Positions 14,671-32,180 of a stretch of DNA of 64,000 nucleotides are shown here, piece by piece (within the stretch, counting starts at the first letter, position 1; each line of letters opens with the position of its first letter). The stretch is from the human T2T-CHM13v2.0 reference genome, Homo sapiens. The stretch lies in assembly GCF_009914755.1 (NCBI RefSeq), contig NC_060929.1, one strand, 5' to 3'. The notes beneath the pieces are model-generated. The model searched no databases. It saw only the letters and a list, made by a program, of their open reading frames with translations, and was not told the origin of the DNA. A program made the translations under genes and the position numbers.

Positions 14671-16002
14671 CAGGCTTTTGTCCCTTCCCTTCACATAATC
14701 TAGACAATCAGATTATGAGATGAGAAGGGCTGGGAAAGTGAATATTGTTTTTCCACAGATAATTCCATACATGGTCAAATGGATTTTGCTTGAACTTTCT
14801 CCCTTTTCCTATAGGGAAAACCTTCAGGCCTCAAATGTCAACATGGAAACTTTTATCCCAAATAAAATTGGCTCCGAGAGAGGTACCATAGTGAATGATA
14901 TAGAATTGTTTAAAATGGCATCTTCTGTATTTCTCACTGTTAACTAGGAAATACACACTTAGGTCATTTGGTGATCCCAAAAACATGGCTTGACTAACAT
15001 CATATTGGTTTTTCTGGATAGGGGTAATGAAGTTAAATATTTGTTTACGTGGGTGTAATGGGTATTGCCCTGTGAATGCCACTCTAACTTTGTAATTCAT
15101 GTGCCATTACCCTAAGAGTCTTACCAAGTATTTGTGCATTCTGGAACAATAGAGACAGACTCTCCTATTGTTTGCAGTTACCTTCATAAAAAATTGAAAA
15201 CAAACAAAAAAATGAGTTTTTTCCTTCTTCTGAAGACAAGTTTACCTTCTGCTTAACAAAATTGTTTCCACTCCCCGTGTGGTATAAAGACAGAGCCCCG
15301 TCAGTCCACACTTAGTCGTGTGACTGGTTTGCAGCCCTCTGCTCATTTCCTGGCTTGCCTTCTGCCCTGAGGTGGGTGCACTGTCACCTTGAAATGGCAG
15401 TGCAGGGCAGTAGCAGGAAGAACCCAAGCAGGCAAGCTGGGCTTCTGTTTCACTCTAGGTGCCAATAGTCTTTGATTTGTTCCTGTCCTGCCTGGGAGGT
15501 GAGATGAAGAAGTTGTTCATTTCTGCTGGTGCTTTTGCTTAAGACACCCTCAGGAGACCTTTTTCCATAGTCTTGTGGGTTGCCTTAGTTAGCAACCCAA
15601 TCACTAAAAACAAAAGGAACAGAGCTGCAAGAAAAGTGGCTCCTAATATTTGGAGCCAGGTAGTGAGACCCAGAGCACTGGGTTGAAGGGAAATTATTCC
15701 CGTGCTATTTTGTAGAGTCTTGTCCTGAGGACAATTAAATAGTCCAGACGGGTCACTAGGTGAGACCAATTTCCTGGTTTGTTTACTCGAGCCTGATAGT
15801 TTTTCACCATCCAGCAGTAGGTCACAGTCCTGCTGCACTGTGACCCCAGAGGCCTGCAGAGAGCAGTCCTTTCATAGTTGATTTCCACAGGCTTCCCTAA
15901 GGATCCTTGCCTGCCTTTATGTGGTTGGATTGCTCTGTTGTGTCTCTCAGGCTTAGGGTAGAGGACAATGTCAGTAATTACTCTTGACTTCATCTTATGC
16001 AG

Positions 16003-16083
16003 GCATTTGGCTTTATGTCCCGAGTTGCCCTACAAGCAGAGAAGATGAATCATCACCCAGAATGGTTCAATGTATACAACAAG
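16003..16083 (+). CDS. PCBD2: PCBD2 penultimate coding exon (81 nt, phase 0-0), [27 protein letters not shown]
   Basis: Acceptor catcttatgcag| and donor AAG|gtaact. Translation contains the PCD/DCoH catalytic motif HHPEW. Confidence 0.97.
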
Positions 16084-16833
16084 GTAACTAAACTGCCTTA
16101 TTTGGGAATCACCTTAATTATGGAGTTTAAGAAACTTCTTTCTTCCTTGTCATCTTGTGCAGCTAAATGTCATTGTACTTAAGAAAGTCTTATCCTTTCT
16201 CTCAGAATCCCTGTGTATTATTGCAAATTAGTAACACATTTTCAGGTCTGCTCCTAAGAACAGTGAATAAGCTCTTTATTTTCATGCTTGTCTTTCTACT
16301 GAAGCTAATATGAGAAAGTTGGGCCAAATGAGGCTCCTGAATTAAACCGGAGTATCAGCCATGCAGATACGTTTCAAAACTTAAGGTAAATTATTGAAAG
16401 AAATGGTAGCAAATCAGATAGATATGGCCTCATTTATCTCGTTGAAATATTTTTACTCAAGAACTGTGCTTTGAAAACTATTAAATTTTGTATCCTGCGT
16501 AGGAAATGACCTTATTTAAGACAAAGGACAGACTAAAAAGTTTTGAGGGAACACAGTGAGAAGAACCTTGTTCCTCCCAAAGTGTCCTTGCCTTTATGGT
16601 CATGCCATTTGAAATGTCTTATCATCTAGATTTCTATGAAGTCTTCTCTGTGAAAATCTTTGAAAAAAGAGAATTTCACAATACTCACGTGACTTAATAG
16701 AATAACTCAGAGCACCTTGGTACCAGGCTAAACTTTTCTTTGCTATTTGCTTCTCTTTGCTCGTAATTTTGCTTTTACTTTATAATCAGTTCATCAAGAA
16801 ACAGCATTCCATCCTTTACTCCCATTTCCCTAA

Positions 16834-17133
<300 letters not shown>

Positions 17134-17548
17134 AAAATGTGCTTTTTAAACGTTGCTGCTAAGATATTACATTTGATAGCTTGGTTTTTCTCAGTGGCCT
17201 GAAAATAGTTGATGTAATTAAAGTAACGAGAGTTCAATTGGAACCTCAGTCTCTCTTTTTATTTAAAGAAACAAGATTTGAGATTCTGGCAGCTGCATTG
17301 CCTCTTCATGGAAGAGAACTTTTTATTTCAAGGTGGCTGTTGAGCCAGGCCTAATGTAGACTATGCCCCTGGAGTTCGCTGGGTTTTGGAAATGTTTTGC
17401 TTATTCATAATGTAGTATTTTCTAAATCATTTAATCCCCCTAATTCTCAAATATGAATGTTGAATAATAGACTGATTTCTGAACTGCCAAAGGAAAATAA
17501 CCATGATTTGCTGCTCAGAGTTTTAAAAACTGCTTTTCTTTTTCTTAG

Positions 17549-17644
17549 GTCCAGATAACTCTCACCTCACATGACTGTGGTGAACTGACCAAAAAAGATG
17601 TGAAGCTGGCCAAGTTTATTGAAAAAGCAGCTGCTTCTGTGTGA
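17549..17644 (+). CDS. PCBD2: PCBD2 last coding exon, [31 protein letters not shown]
   Basis: Polypyrimidine acceptor tgcttttctttttcttag|GTC, in frame with the previous exon. Typical PCD C-terminus (TSHD.G.LT..D..LA..IE). TGA at 17642-17644. Confidence 0.97.
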
Positions 17645-17715
17645 TTTCTTCCAAAATACATGTAAAATCTTGTACACATCTTAGCTGCAATGTATGTTGA
17701 AGGAAATTTATGTGA

Positions 17716-18027
<312 letters not shown>

Positions 18028-18202
18028 GTTGAATTGTTCTTAAGGCATCATATCTAGAAGCAAAGAAAAAAGAAAAATAACAATTTAAGTTGTGTAAATT
18101 GTTTGCCTTTATATATTACATTTGGTAAAATCAGTGCTTAAATACGCAATGATTTAAACTGGAACCTGAGGTATTTTTCATGCTATCTAATCATATACCT
18201 AA

Positions 18203-18546
<344 letters not shown>

Positions 18547-18698
18547 AGAAGTGGCATTCTTAAATTCAAGAAATTGGGATGGGGAGTATTCACACATTTT
18601 ATAACCCAGAAATTCAAGCAATTCTGGTGACTACAAATGCATTGTTTTGGAGAATAGTTGTAAGGTGGAAAAAGAATTAGGAACTCGACAGATAGTGA

Positions 18699-19519
<821 letters not shown>

Positions 19520-19589
19520 TATAACAATTCTTATGAAGCTAAAGTTGATTTGGATTTTAGCTGCCGTTACTACTTATATAATTAATTAG

Positions 19590-19640
19590 ATTAAACAAGT
19601 CACAAAAATTGGATGAGCTATCTTGGTGTGTTTTCTTTAC
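19590..19640 (+). terminator. Probable PCBD2 polyadenylation signal (ATTAAA plus downstream GU-rich element)
   Basis: ATTAAA at 19590-19595, CA dinucleotides at about 19601-19604, and tcttggtgtgttttcttt at about 19621-19638. Confidence 0.65.
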
Positions 19641-20539
19641 TTTTCTCTTTCAACAGAGAGTTGAAGGAGAGGACAAGTGTCTTGTCTGTGGCTTCCAGGA
19701 ATGTGTGGCAATATAAGATTTACTGTTACAGCAGCCAACTCACCAAGTCATTATTTGACTTACTGAGTTAAGGAGGAACTAAGGGTCATTTTCCCCCCAT
19801 CATTTGCATGTTTTGACTCCTGAACTGAGGGTCTACGGCCACTGAAGCTAGAAGCTAGAAGGGTGTTAATCAGTAGTGAGCTCTACTTACTCCATGTGTC
19901 ACTGACAGATGTAAAAAGGAATATCAAGTAATCTATTATTTAAAAATTGTAATAAGAGTGTTTTTTGAAGGAATTCAGGAATGTACTACTAACGAGATTA
20001 TGATGCAGGTATATCCATCCATGAAGCATTTGTTAGTCCCTTGAAGCATCATGGTAGTGGAATTTAACATGGATCATCTTTGTAAACCCACCTCTCTTTA
20101 GGGGCCAGAGAAATCACTGTTTGTTACAACAAGCAAACCTTTCCCTCTCCATGTCACCCTTGCCCCAAACCTGAGAAACATATGGGAACATGGCACAGAG
20201 GCTGAGCTCTCTGAAGCCAGTTCCTGGCTGGTTTTGCTGGCCAGGGAGAGGCAGGTGTGGTCAGTTGCCCTGTGGACATGTGGTGTGCAGGGAGAGAAGA
20301 GGGAAAAGAGCCACTCAGGCTCTCTGGCTGCCAGGGGATCCAGACTCTTAGCACTAGAACTTCTGTTTCTTAGAATTCTTCCCAAGGAAAAGACAAAACT
20401 GTGTTTTTATAAGCTGGTTTCCTATAGTGTAGATTTGGGACTTTTATACATTTTATTACCAAATATTTTTAGTTAAGTGCTTCAATTTTCAACATTAATT
20501 CTTTAAAATTTTCTTTTGAGAATCATCACCTGGATTTAC

Positions 20540-21410
<871 letters not shown>

Positions 21411-23660
21411 GAACCCTTTTCCTCTGTTTTCAGCAGAAGTCTGAGAGGCTAAACTTGATGGCTGTGTTAACATATGTCACGTGTAGCACAGTGGAGAAAG
21501 CAGGATATGGCTCATAATGACAGTGGTGAAGACCTGCGAATGAAGTTGCTAGTTATCACCTACATTAGGGTTTGACATAGGTCTATGTTATGGGTCGCTG
21601 CATCTGCTGGAACTCACAGACTTTACTATAGAGAATCAAAGATCCCGTATCCGAAGTCTATGGAAATGCTCATGGTGGTAAATTCCAACAGAATGAAACA
21701 CCAAACTTGCTTAAAGTAACTCACGTTTCAATTTGAAAGAGATATTGTCAAAATTGGAGGCCCCCAGGTTCCTGTCTGTTCCAAATCTTTGCATGATGAC
21801 AGTGGTTTCTCTGATGTGGTAAGCTTTGGCTTTCTTCTGTTTTCTTTCTAAAAGATCACTGGAGTAGAGAGGAGTTAAACAGACATGACCTTTGACCTCT
21901 TGCATGACCTCCACAGATAGCAAACCGGGCCGACACATGGTTGACGATGTCCTTTTCTACAATGAAGTTAATGAAAGTTCTGAAAATAGTGATTACTTTC
22001 TGACATTGATAGGATTTAGGAAACCTCTGGATAAATAGCTTAAGCATGGCTGTTTATGTTTTTGCTATAGACAAAAAGCAGCAGCATGTACATTGTATTT
22101 GGACACAAGCCTGCCTCGGTTAATATATTGAACTATTGGACCACTAGGGTTAGTAGGGAGCGGTCTGTACACTTTCTGATTCAGCATTCAGAAACATTCT
22201 AGGTGGACTCTGTAGCTTTCAGTTTTGTAAAGTTATCAGAAAAACATCGGGAGGGTTTGGCCATCATATGTGAGCTTTGTGTTTCAATGCCAGTTACTCA
22301 GGATTAGTAAATTAATGACTGTCCAGAGGACTTCAGGGTCACCAAGCTGCTGCACCTGCCATTGGCTGACTCTCCCCGGCTATCTGTGGCTGAGATGGTG
22401 CTGCTTAGGTCACGCAGAGCATGAGCTGCTGCTGAAAGGGCACAGGAGATGGCCCTTGGGCTTCTCATCCCAGGATGCCTGCCCTGCCCACCAATCCATG
22501 AGAAGATATGTATGATTTCAGTAGGCCCTGGATCAGCTTGTCACCTCTGGTTTCCTGTTTGCTTTCCACTCACTCAGCTGGAGTTTCATTTCCAGACTAA
22601 AGTCTTCATCATTGGCTTCAGAAACAGCATTCATCTGTGGCTGTGCTGATGTAGTACACCAAGAACAACTGGGCTCTTCTCTGTCACTTTCAGTGGGCTA
22701 CCTTCCCTCACCTCTCCAAGCAGCATGAAAGAATTCTTTACATTTTTAATCTCTTTTTTGTTTTTCCCTGAAAGTATGCTTTGGTGCTTAAAGAGAGAAG
22801 TCACAAAAGTATACTACTGAGTTTCCTGGAGATGAAATCCTGTTGTCCCTAGCTATGTGAATGAGCACAGGGATCCCTGATGCCATTATTTTGTATATTC
22901 ATACGGCACACACTTACTGAGGGCCTTCTGTGTGCCCTAGGGGATTGAGCACAGTGACATATCAGGGCAGGTAGAAACAGATGGAGAGCTGATGCGGGCT
23001 GTCTTAGAGCAGCTGCCCCAGGAGGCCCCTGTGGATGGATGTTGGGCAGGAGCCCTGAGACGTTAGGGGCATATAACTAAAGGACATAGCAGGAGTTATA
23101 GGAGGAGCTGATCCCTGAGGGAAACAATGAAGACGGAGAAGATGGGGCTAAAGTTTGAATTGTGGGGACATTAATCACAGTGATTCTTAAAACTTTGCTG
23201 TTGATGATTTTAAATGGAGAAAATGAGTACGTAAGATGTTATTTCCCAGTTCAGTATATTGGTTGCCCACAAAGTATTTTCCTACCATGAATGGTCATAT
23301 ATACTTGTTGTAGAATACCAGGGACAGCAGAGATGGTGGGGTAGTTACTTCCTTTTCTTACAGCCCAAGAACTTTGGTGTCCAGGAGATTGACCAATTTA
23401 GCCACTGAGCATTTAATACAACACAGGGCTACCCAGATCCCACTGTCCTGATTTGCCCTGAAAGCCAAAGGAGTTAGGAGAAGGTGAGTGGGGAGAATAT
23501 ATTAATCCTGAGAGTTGAACAGAGCAAAAATCCCTATTACTTTTGTACTTAAAACATCTCTGCCACATGTGCTCACTCTTTATATTCTGTTTAGGTGGTT
23601 TATATGTGCACATCCCATCCTATGCCTGCAGTTAGCCAACTCAGGGTTTATATTGCCTCC

Positions 23661-24525
<865 letters not shown>

Positions 24526-24779
24526 TAGAGCCCAGAGAACTTGCTTTTCCCCCTTATATATGACCCTTAACTTTTTCTAACACATTATTAAGGGCCTGTG
24601 TCTATCAGCTGGGGGCACTTCTTGAAGGGAGGGCCTTTGTGTGGTCTGTTTCTAGTGACTTCCAGCTTTAACCCAGAGCCTCATGATTGCTGGGTGCCCA
24701 TAGCCTTTTTGCTGAATGGAGGCACTCAGTCTCCTTGGGAAGAGAGAATCCATGATAGACCCACTTGGGAGCTCCCCAC

Positions 24780-24958
24780 TTCAGGGGCCTACACACTGGT
24801 AATGCAACAGAATGCCCAAGAGTGACCTCATAAAGCAAGGATTCCCTTCGTGGCCCCTTCTCTGCTGCCTCTCAGAATCCAGACGCTAAGGAAAATCCCT
24901 AAGCAGAGATTTTCTGTTGGATGCTAAAAGCAAGGAATAAAAGTTGAAAATTTGGAAA
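24780..24958 (+). promoter_or_regulatory. CATSPER3 proximal promoter/5'UTR: CpG-poor, no obvious TATA box, CRE-like TGACCTCA at 24823-24830
   Basis: Unique sequence directly upstream of the ATG. The motif is one mismatch from the CRE TGACGTCA. The TSS itself cannot be seen in the sequence. Confidence 0.55.
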
Positions 24959-25056
24959 ATGTCTCAACACCGTCACCAGCGCCACTCGAGAGTCATTTCT
25001 AGTTCACCAGTTGACACTACATCGGTGGGATTTTGCCCAACATTCAAGAAATTTAA
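24959..25056 (+). CDS. CATSPER3: CATSPER3 coding exon 1, MSQHRHQRHSRVISSSPVDTTSVGFCPTFKKF(K)
   Basis: ATG in gaaaATGt context, 98 nt, donor TTTAA|gtaaat. Phase 2 joins exon 2 in frame. Matches the recalled CatSper3 N-terminus. Confidence 0.92.
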
Positions 25057-25379
25057 GTAAATATTATCTATCTCCATTGCCTGTTAAGAAATGTGCTAGT
25101 AGAAGTGTGAGGGCAGGGTGTCAGTGTTCTCTCAGCCTCTTCCCTCAGATACTCGTCTGCTTACCAAAATAAGTTGCATGTCCTTGACAATCTGGTTTCT
25201 ATGATTGGTGAGGCTGGCATGCTATTACCTTTATGTGCCCTGTAGACTTGAATGACCAGTTTGACCAGTTTGACTGTTAGATAATCTGAAGGCTTTTCTC
25301 TTTTTTTATAATAGACCCCATCTCAAATCAGATAATGAAAATTACATATCTTGATATATTAGAAAAGTATATACATTCT

Positions 25380-25708
<329 letters not shown>

Positions 25709-26544
25709 TTAACTTATGAGAATGTGTTCATTTCATTTGTAACATATAATGGGAAACAGTAATACGTACTCTGAGAAAAATTGCAAAGCACAGATAAATG
25801 GAAATAAACAGGAAAAAGAATCACCTATAACCTCACCATCCATAGACAGACACTGTTAAAATTTTGGCATATTTCCTGCTGATTTTTTCTACTGCTGATT
25901 TTTGCACAGGTGAGATAATTTTGAACAGAGAATTTTGTATCTTTGGTTTTTGTGTTTTGCTGCACACAAAAACAAAAGATATAAAAATGGATCATAAACA
26001 TTTTTCTAAATCCTGAAAAATGCATAGACATATTTTAGTGCCTGTATTTCACAAGATGGACATACCATAATTTACTTACACAGTCCTTTTTGTTAGATGT
26101 TTAAGTTGTTTTCAAGCTTCTCAGTGCTGGAAAAAATACTGAGATAGACATGTTTAGTTGAAGTTATTTCATTTCAGGTTATATTATCTTGGGTCAGAGA
26201 ATGAATGGTTCTCAGGCTTTTCAAAAGAGCTGGTCAGTTTTTATGCCTCTGGCAGTTTTTGAGAGTGCTCAATCATACTACACTGTTGCCAGCATTAGAT
26301 CTTATCACATTTAAGTCATTGCTAATTTTATAAACAAAAACAATGGTTTTACTTTGCATCTCCCTGATTGGTATTGCTGTAGAACATATTTGGAGAAGTT
26401 TGTTTGTCTTTGGTGTTTATTTCATGAATAGATTGTGTGCCCATTTTCTCTTGGGGTATTCAGTTTTTTATTATTGATGTGAGCATGTGTATGGGTGATT
26501 ATTTGATGATTATCAGTTTTGCTTAGTAGACTGGCAATATTTAG

Positions 26545-26626
26545 TCTTGCTGTCACTGTGTTCCCAGTGCCTACTAGATTGCTTGATATGTAGTTGCCAC
26601 TCAATAAAGATTTGTTGAGTCAATGA
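26545..26626 (+). mobile_element. L2 3' end
   Basis: cactgtgttcccagtgcct...cactcaataaagatttgttgagtcaatgaa. Confidence 0.7.
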
Positions 26627-26905
26627 AGATGACACTTTGTTTTGCTGGAGAAGGAGTGGTGACCATTCTTTTTCAGAGGTCCAGGGAGAGGGAGCTAAGT
26701 AACTGAGTGAGGACAGAGTATCCATGATCATCATATATATGTCAGTGGTCATTTATTCAACATCTCATTGCTATTTAAAAGTATATGTAAATTTATATTC
26801 ACACAAGGGAGAAAGCAGAGCCTTGTCCCTACAAAAAGGTATGCATTTTATGGGGATCTAGCTCTATTGTGCTGTAACCATACTTCACATTCAACTTTTT
26901 GACAG

Positions 26906-27059
26906 GAGGAACGATGATGAATGTCGGGCATTTGTGAAGAGAGTCATAATGAGCCGTTTCTTTAAGATAATTATGATTAGCACTGTCACATCGAATGCGT
27001 TTTTTATGGCCTTGTGGACCAGTTATGACATAAGGTACCGCTTGTTCAGACTTCTTGAG
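26906..27059 (+). CDS. CATSPER3: CATSPER3 coding exon 2, RNDDECRAFVKRVIMSRFFKIIMISTVTSNAFFMALWTSYDIRYRLFRLLE (S1 segment)
   Basis: Acceptor tttttgacag|G and donor GAG|gtaagc, 154 nt. Hydrophobic S1 helix with the conserved SNA motif of voltage-sensor domains. Confidence 0.95.
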
Positions 27060-27129
27060 GTAAGCAGACAAAATGGGTCCATTTTCTTCTTTTTTTAAAA
27101 CATGCTTTATTTCTGGAAACATTATAAGA

Positions 27130-27425
27130 TTTTTTTTTTTTTCCGAGACAGAATCTCACTCTGTCAGGCTGGAGTGCAGTGGCGTGATCTCAGCTCACTG
27201 CAACCTCCATCTCCACCTCCCAGGTTCAAGCGATTCCTCTGCCTTAGCCTCCTGAATAGCTGGGATTATAGGCACCCGCCACCACGCCCAGCTAATTTTG
27301 TATTTTTAGTAGAGACGGGGTTTCACCTTCTTGGCCAGGATGGTCTTGATCTCTTGACCTCGTGATCCACCCGCCTCAGCCTCCCAAAATGCTGGGATTA
27401 CAGGCGTTAGCCACCATGCCCAGCC
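27130..27425 (-). mobile_element. Alu (AluSc-like), 70 nt downstream of the CATSPER3 exon 2 donor
   Basis: TSD cattataagatttt. Confidence 0.95.
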
Positions 27426-27471
27426 CATTATAAGATTTTAAGGGTATTTTGCTTCAAGAAATTTTCTGTAG

Positions 27472-27839
<368 letters not shown>

Positions 27840-27866
27840 AGTGACATGGTTTTTAAGTCTCCTTGA

Positions 27867-28408
<542 letters not shown>

Positions 28409-28419
28409 CAGAGCAACTA

Positions 28420-30130
28420 GGTAGCAAAGCCAAGAACCCACAGGCAGCATTTACAACAAAACTGGTTAGTTTCCTTACTACAAGCCGTAAGAACTGAATA
28501 GTATGTCTCTGTGGGGAAAGAAACAGAGGGAAGCCATTATTTATTTATTAGAAAGTGTGATGGGCTGATGTGAGAACAGCATTTGATATCAGTAACAGTA
28601 TTGTCTAATCCAATACTGGGCTAGATCAAGAGGTTCCTGGTAATTTTTGAAGGGGCTAGAGGAGCAGATGGTGTGAACTTTCAAAGCTGACCAGCTAGAG
28701 GTCTTTTTAAAGACAGGATCCCACAGTTGGGATAAATACTGGAAATGGAATAAAAATTGAGCAGGTTAGAGACATAGAGATGAAGGAAGAGAAGGTTCAG
28801 ATAAAATTGGAGGAGGAACCAGGATACCTCAAAAATCAAGCTACTGCGTTTTTAAACACAACACAAAAGCAGAAGAATGAGCTCAGTGAGGTTAGAACCA
28901 CACCATCTTCTAAAAGCTCAAGAAAACAAATTTTATGTAAAACAGCACAATAGAAAAAGATTGATGCTGCTATAGTTGTGTTTTTAGAAAAAAAAGGGTT
29001 GAGATAAAGTCTCATACACAATTACTGTAAGAAAAAAGAGAATGAGGTAGAGAATAATCCCCTTATACAGGCTGAGCATCCCGAATTTGAAAATCTGGAA
29101 CCTGGAATGCTCCAAAATACAAAATATTCTGAGCACTGACGTGACACTCAAAGGAAATGCTTACTGGAGCATTTTGGATTTTGGATTTTCAGATGTGGGT
29201 TGCTCAACTGGTAAAGAAAATGCAAATATTCCGAAATCCAAAAACTTTGAAATCCAAAACACTTCTGTTCCCAAGCATTTCAGATAAGAGATACTTAACC
29301 CGTAGATAATGAAAGCCCACCACAAAGACATGCCCACAAAACAGGGAGAGACTGTAGCATATGACTTTAAAACAAGCCAGATGTTTAAGAAAGTGATACA
29401 AGATAGGAAAGAACAGAAGTGAAAAGACAAAACTCAGGAAAGAACTAGAAATAAAAATTTCAAAAATAAAGACTAAAATAGACTAAGCAATTAATTGCAA
29501 CAGATAATAGCTTAAGAGAAGTATAGGATTAAATGTAGGAAATTTTTTAAATCAATAAGAAATGAAGACATGAAAAGGTTTCAAGAGAAAATGATGAACA
29601 TCGAAGATGGGGAAAAAAAAATCCAGTGTAATGACAATAGGAGCCCCTGAATTTGAAATAAAACAGACACAAAGCAAAGGAACAGAACAAATGCTAAAGT
29701 GTATAATCCAAGAAAAGTTACCTGAAACAAAAGATTTGGAACTATACGTTGAAAGAGCACACATTGCATACCTGAGAATATGGAGTTTGAACAATAAACA
29801 CCAAAACATATTCTAGTAAAATTATTGGATTTTAAAGGAAAGAGGGGGTGAAGGAAACTAAGTATCAATGCAATGTGGCTTATAAGAAGATAATCACTTA
29901 TCATCAAACTTTGCTATGGTAATATGTTATGCCAAAAGAAAATAGAGTTACATATTTAAGATACTTCAGCAAAGAAAATGTAAACCAAGAATTTTAGATC
30001 AGAAAAATTGACTTTCAAGTATAAAGGACATAGACAAATTCATCAATATTCAAAAACTTGGGGAATATTGTTTCCAAGAGCCCTTCCTTAGTAATTTACT
30101 AAAGAATAGGTTTCAGCCAACCAAAATGAT
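28420..30130 (+). mobile_element. Ancient L1M 5'/ORF1 remnant
   Basis: ORF 29607-29816 (IGAPE...IIQEKLPE...VERAH) resembles the L1 ORF1p RRM region. The strand is A-rich. Confidence 0.7.
29068..29302 (+). mobile_element. Tigger4a/MER46A-type non-autonomous DNA transposon (235 bp)
   Basis: TIRs caggctgagcatccc / gagatacttaacccg, TA on both sides, internal ggagcattt/aatgctcc palindromy. Confidence 0.88.
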
Positions 30131-30469
30131 TAGAGAAGCATCAACATTAGGACTGAAGATGAGCATTAAATATGTAGTTATTTGTAGAACTAATATTAAT
30201 TGTGGTTTAGCAGAGAGAATATAGTATATAATGAATGCATCATCTGACAGTGAAGATAGAGTATGACTAAAAAATGGGAGACAATGGGGAAAGCCAAGAT
30301 AAAAAGTTTCAAAATCATTTTCAGTAATCAACTTAGTGGCAACAGTATTAGTAGTGTTATTCTGAGACTTGTATGTCTGTAATACAGGATAAGGCAATTG
30401 AGTAATTATGGGACAGTTTATTTCTGTCATCTCCTGTGTTCTTAAGAACCAGGATACTCATGGAGGAGA

Positions 30470-31592
30470 GAACCCAGGACTTCTTTGAGAAATAACCAAT
30501 TCCAGGTCTAGGGCAGGAGGTACACAAGATGAACCATGATTATCTTGTCATAGACATTAGCAAGGAAGCTATCAAAGACTACTGGGGTCATGTCAAAAGT
30601 CTCAGGAGACTATGTGAAGAGTCCTACTGGCCAAAGATGGGACAGTTTGAGCTCCAATAAGAAGAATAATTGCCATGTATTGAAACTCATTAAATAATCT
30701 GTGAGGTTTTACTACTGGCCAAAGATGGGACAGTTTGGGCTCCAGTAAGAATAATAATTGCAATGTATTGAAATTCACCAAATAATCTATGAGGTTTTAA
30801 TGATACCCCAAAACAAACTGTCCACTTTTGGAGGATGATAAGGAGCTAATCCTTTATCTTGATAATTAGTAAATTAAGGGAAAGAGTCAAGCATTACTGA
30901 CCTTATGTGAACTGCAATACTGAGTAAGCATATAGTAGGTGAGGGGAAACATCTTTTTATAGATGTGTCCCCCTTAATAAATGAAAAAGAAATGATAGAA
31001 TATCACAGTTTTTCAATGCCCAAAGAAGTTATTGATCTAGGCACTGAGCATCAATGAAAAGAGAGACAACCAGAAATTATGTGCCGTCTATAAAAGAACA
31101 GCACCTCTAATCTTGCCAAAGAGATCAGGAAATATGGAGGCCAGAGGGATATGCTGAACTGTACCATGAGCGTGCACTCAGCAAAATCCAGACTGGGAGA
31201 TTTTACAAGTCAAACTCCCCAGGTTCTTTAACAGATAAATTGTAAGGAAAGAAAAAGGAATGGGAGACTTAAAAGATACACCAAAAGTTTAAAAATTTAT
31301 AAAATGGCAAGACGACTTATTAGTTCTAGGGATGGATGCATGAATTTTTATCTATAAAGAAATGCAAGGTATTAATTACTATAAAAATTTGGATAGTGGT
31401 TAATTTTGGGTGGAGGGAGGGAGTTGTAATTGGGATGTGGGACATGTGAGGGGCTTCTGGGATGGCAGAGTTCTATTTCTTGACCTAGGTGGTAGTTACA
31501 GGGATATTGGCCTTGAAATAATTTATTACACTATATATTTGTTCATGTGGTTCTATATGTGTGTTTATTTTGCAATAAAAAGGTTAAAAATA
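30470..31592 (+). mobile_element. L1MC/MD-type 3'UTR fragment
   Basis: ttccaggtctagggcagga... through to gttctatttcttgacctaggtggtagttaca...caataaaaaggttaaaaa. Confidence 0.7.
30624..30799. repeat. 88-bp tandem duplication (2 copies, 8 mismatches)
   Basis: Copies at 30624-30711 and 30712-30799, both starting ctactggccaaagatgggacagtttg. Confidence 0.95.
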
Positions 31593-31944
31593 TACTCTTC
31601 TTATCTTTAGGATAAATAACACATTTCCTTCTTGGGGGTGAAAAGGTTAGCATAAACATAATGTGGTATCAGAGGCAGTCGAGGTGGTGGGATACCACAA
31701 TTAATGCTTAAAATGTGTCAGATCCACTTGGCACCACTTCTGTGAACATGTTGGTATGGCAGTGAATTCCACACCACAAATCCAGAGATTGGTTATGGAC
31801 TGTGGAACATCATGTTAGGTATAGGACTTGGCAGGGGTCAGGGAAAGAGACAAATTGAGGAGCCTAAACCCTCTGTTTGCCTCCCTGATGCCATAAGGGT
31901 CACTAAGCATGTATCCTGGTTTAGGGACCTGGTTTGCAAGCCTA

Positions 31945-32180
31945 GGGGATGTTCTGTGATGGGCAGACTTTGGAGTTATACAGATTTGGGTTCAAGCCCC
32001 AGCTTCCTACCTTATTACTAACTGAGAATTTGGACAAATTACTTAAGCTCTCTGTGGTTTGTCTGCAACATTTGTAAAATGATATAATTAATATACAACT
32101 TACAGGGTGGTGGTACAGCCATTGAAAATAACATGTATGAAAGCCCCTGGTTAACTGTGAAACTGAGAAATTATTAACAC
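31945..32180 (+). mobile_element. MIR
   Basis: gactttggagtt..cagatttgggttcaagccccagct...ttggacaaattacttaagctctctg...tgtaaaatg. Confidence 0.8.

Noticed and set aside
25253-25274. Short tandem tgaccagtt repeat (similar micro-duplications at about 13424 and 25877)
   Set aside because: Ordinary slippage duplications with no sign of function.
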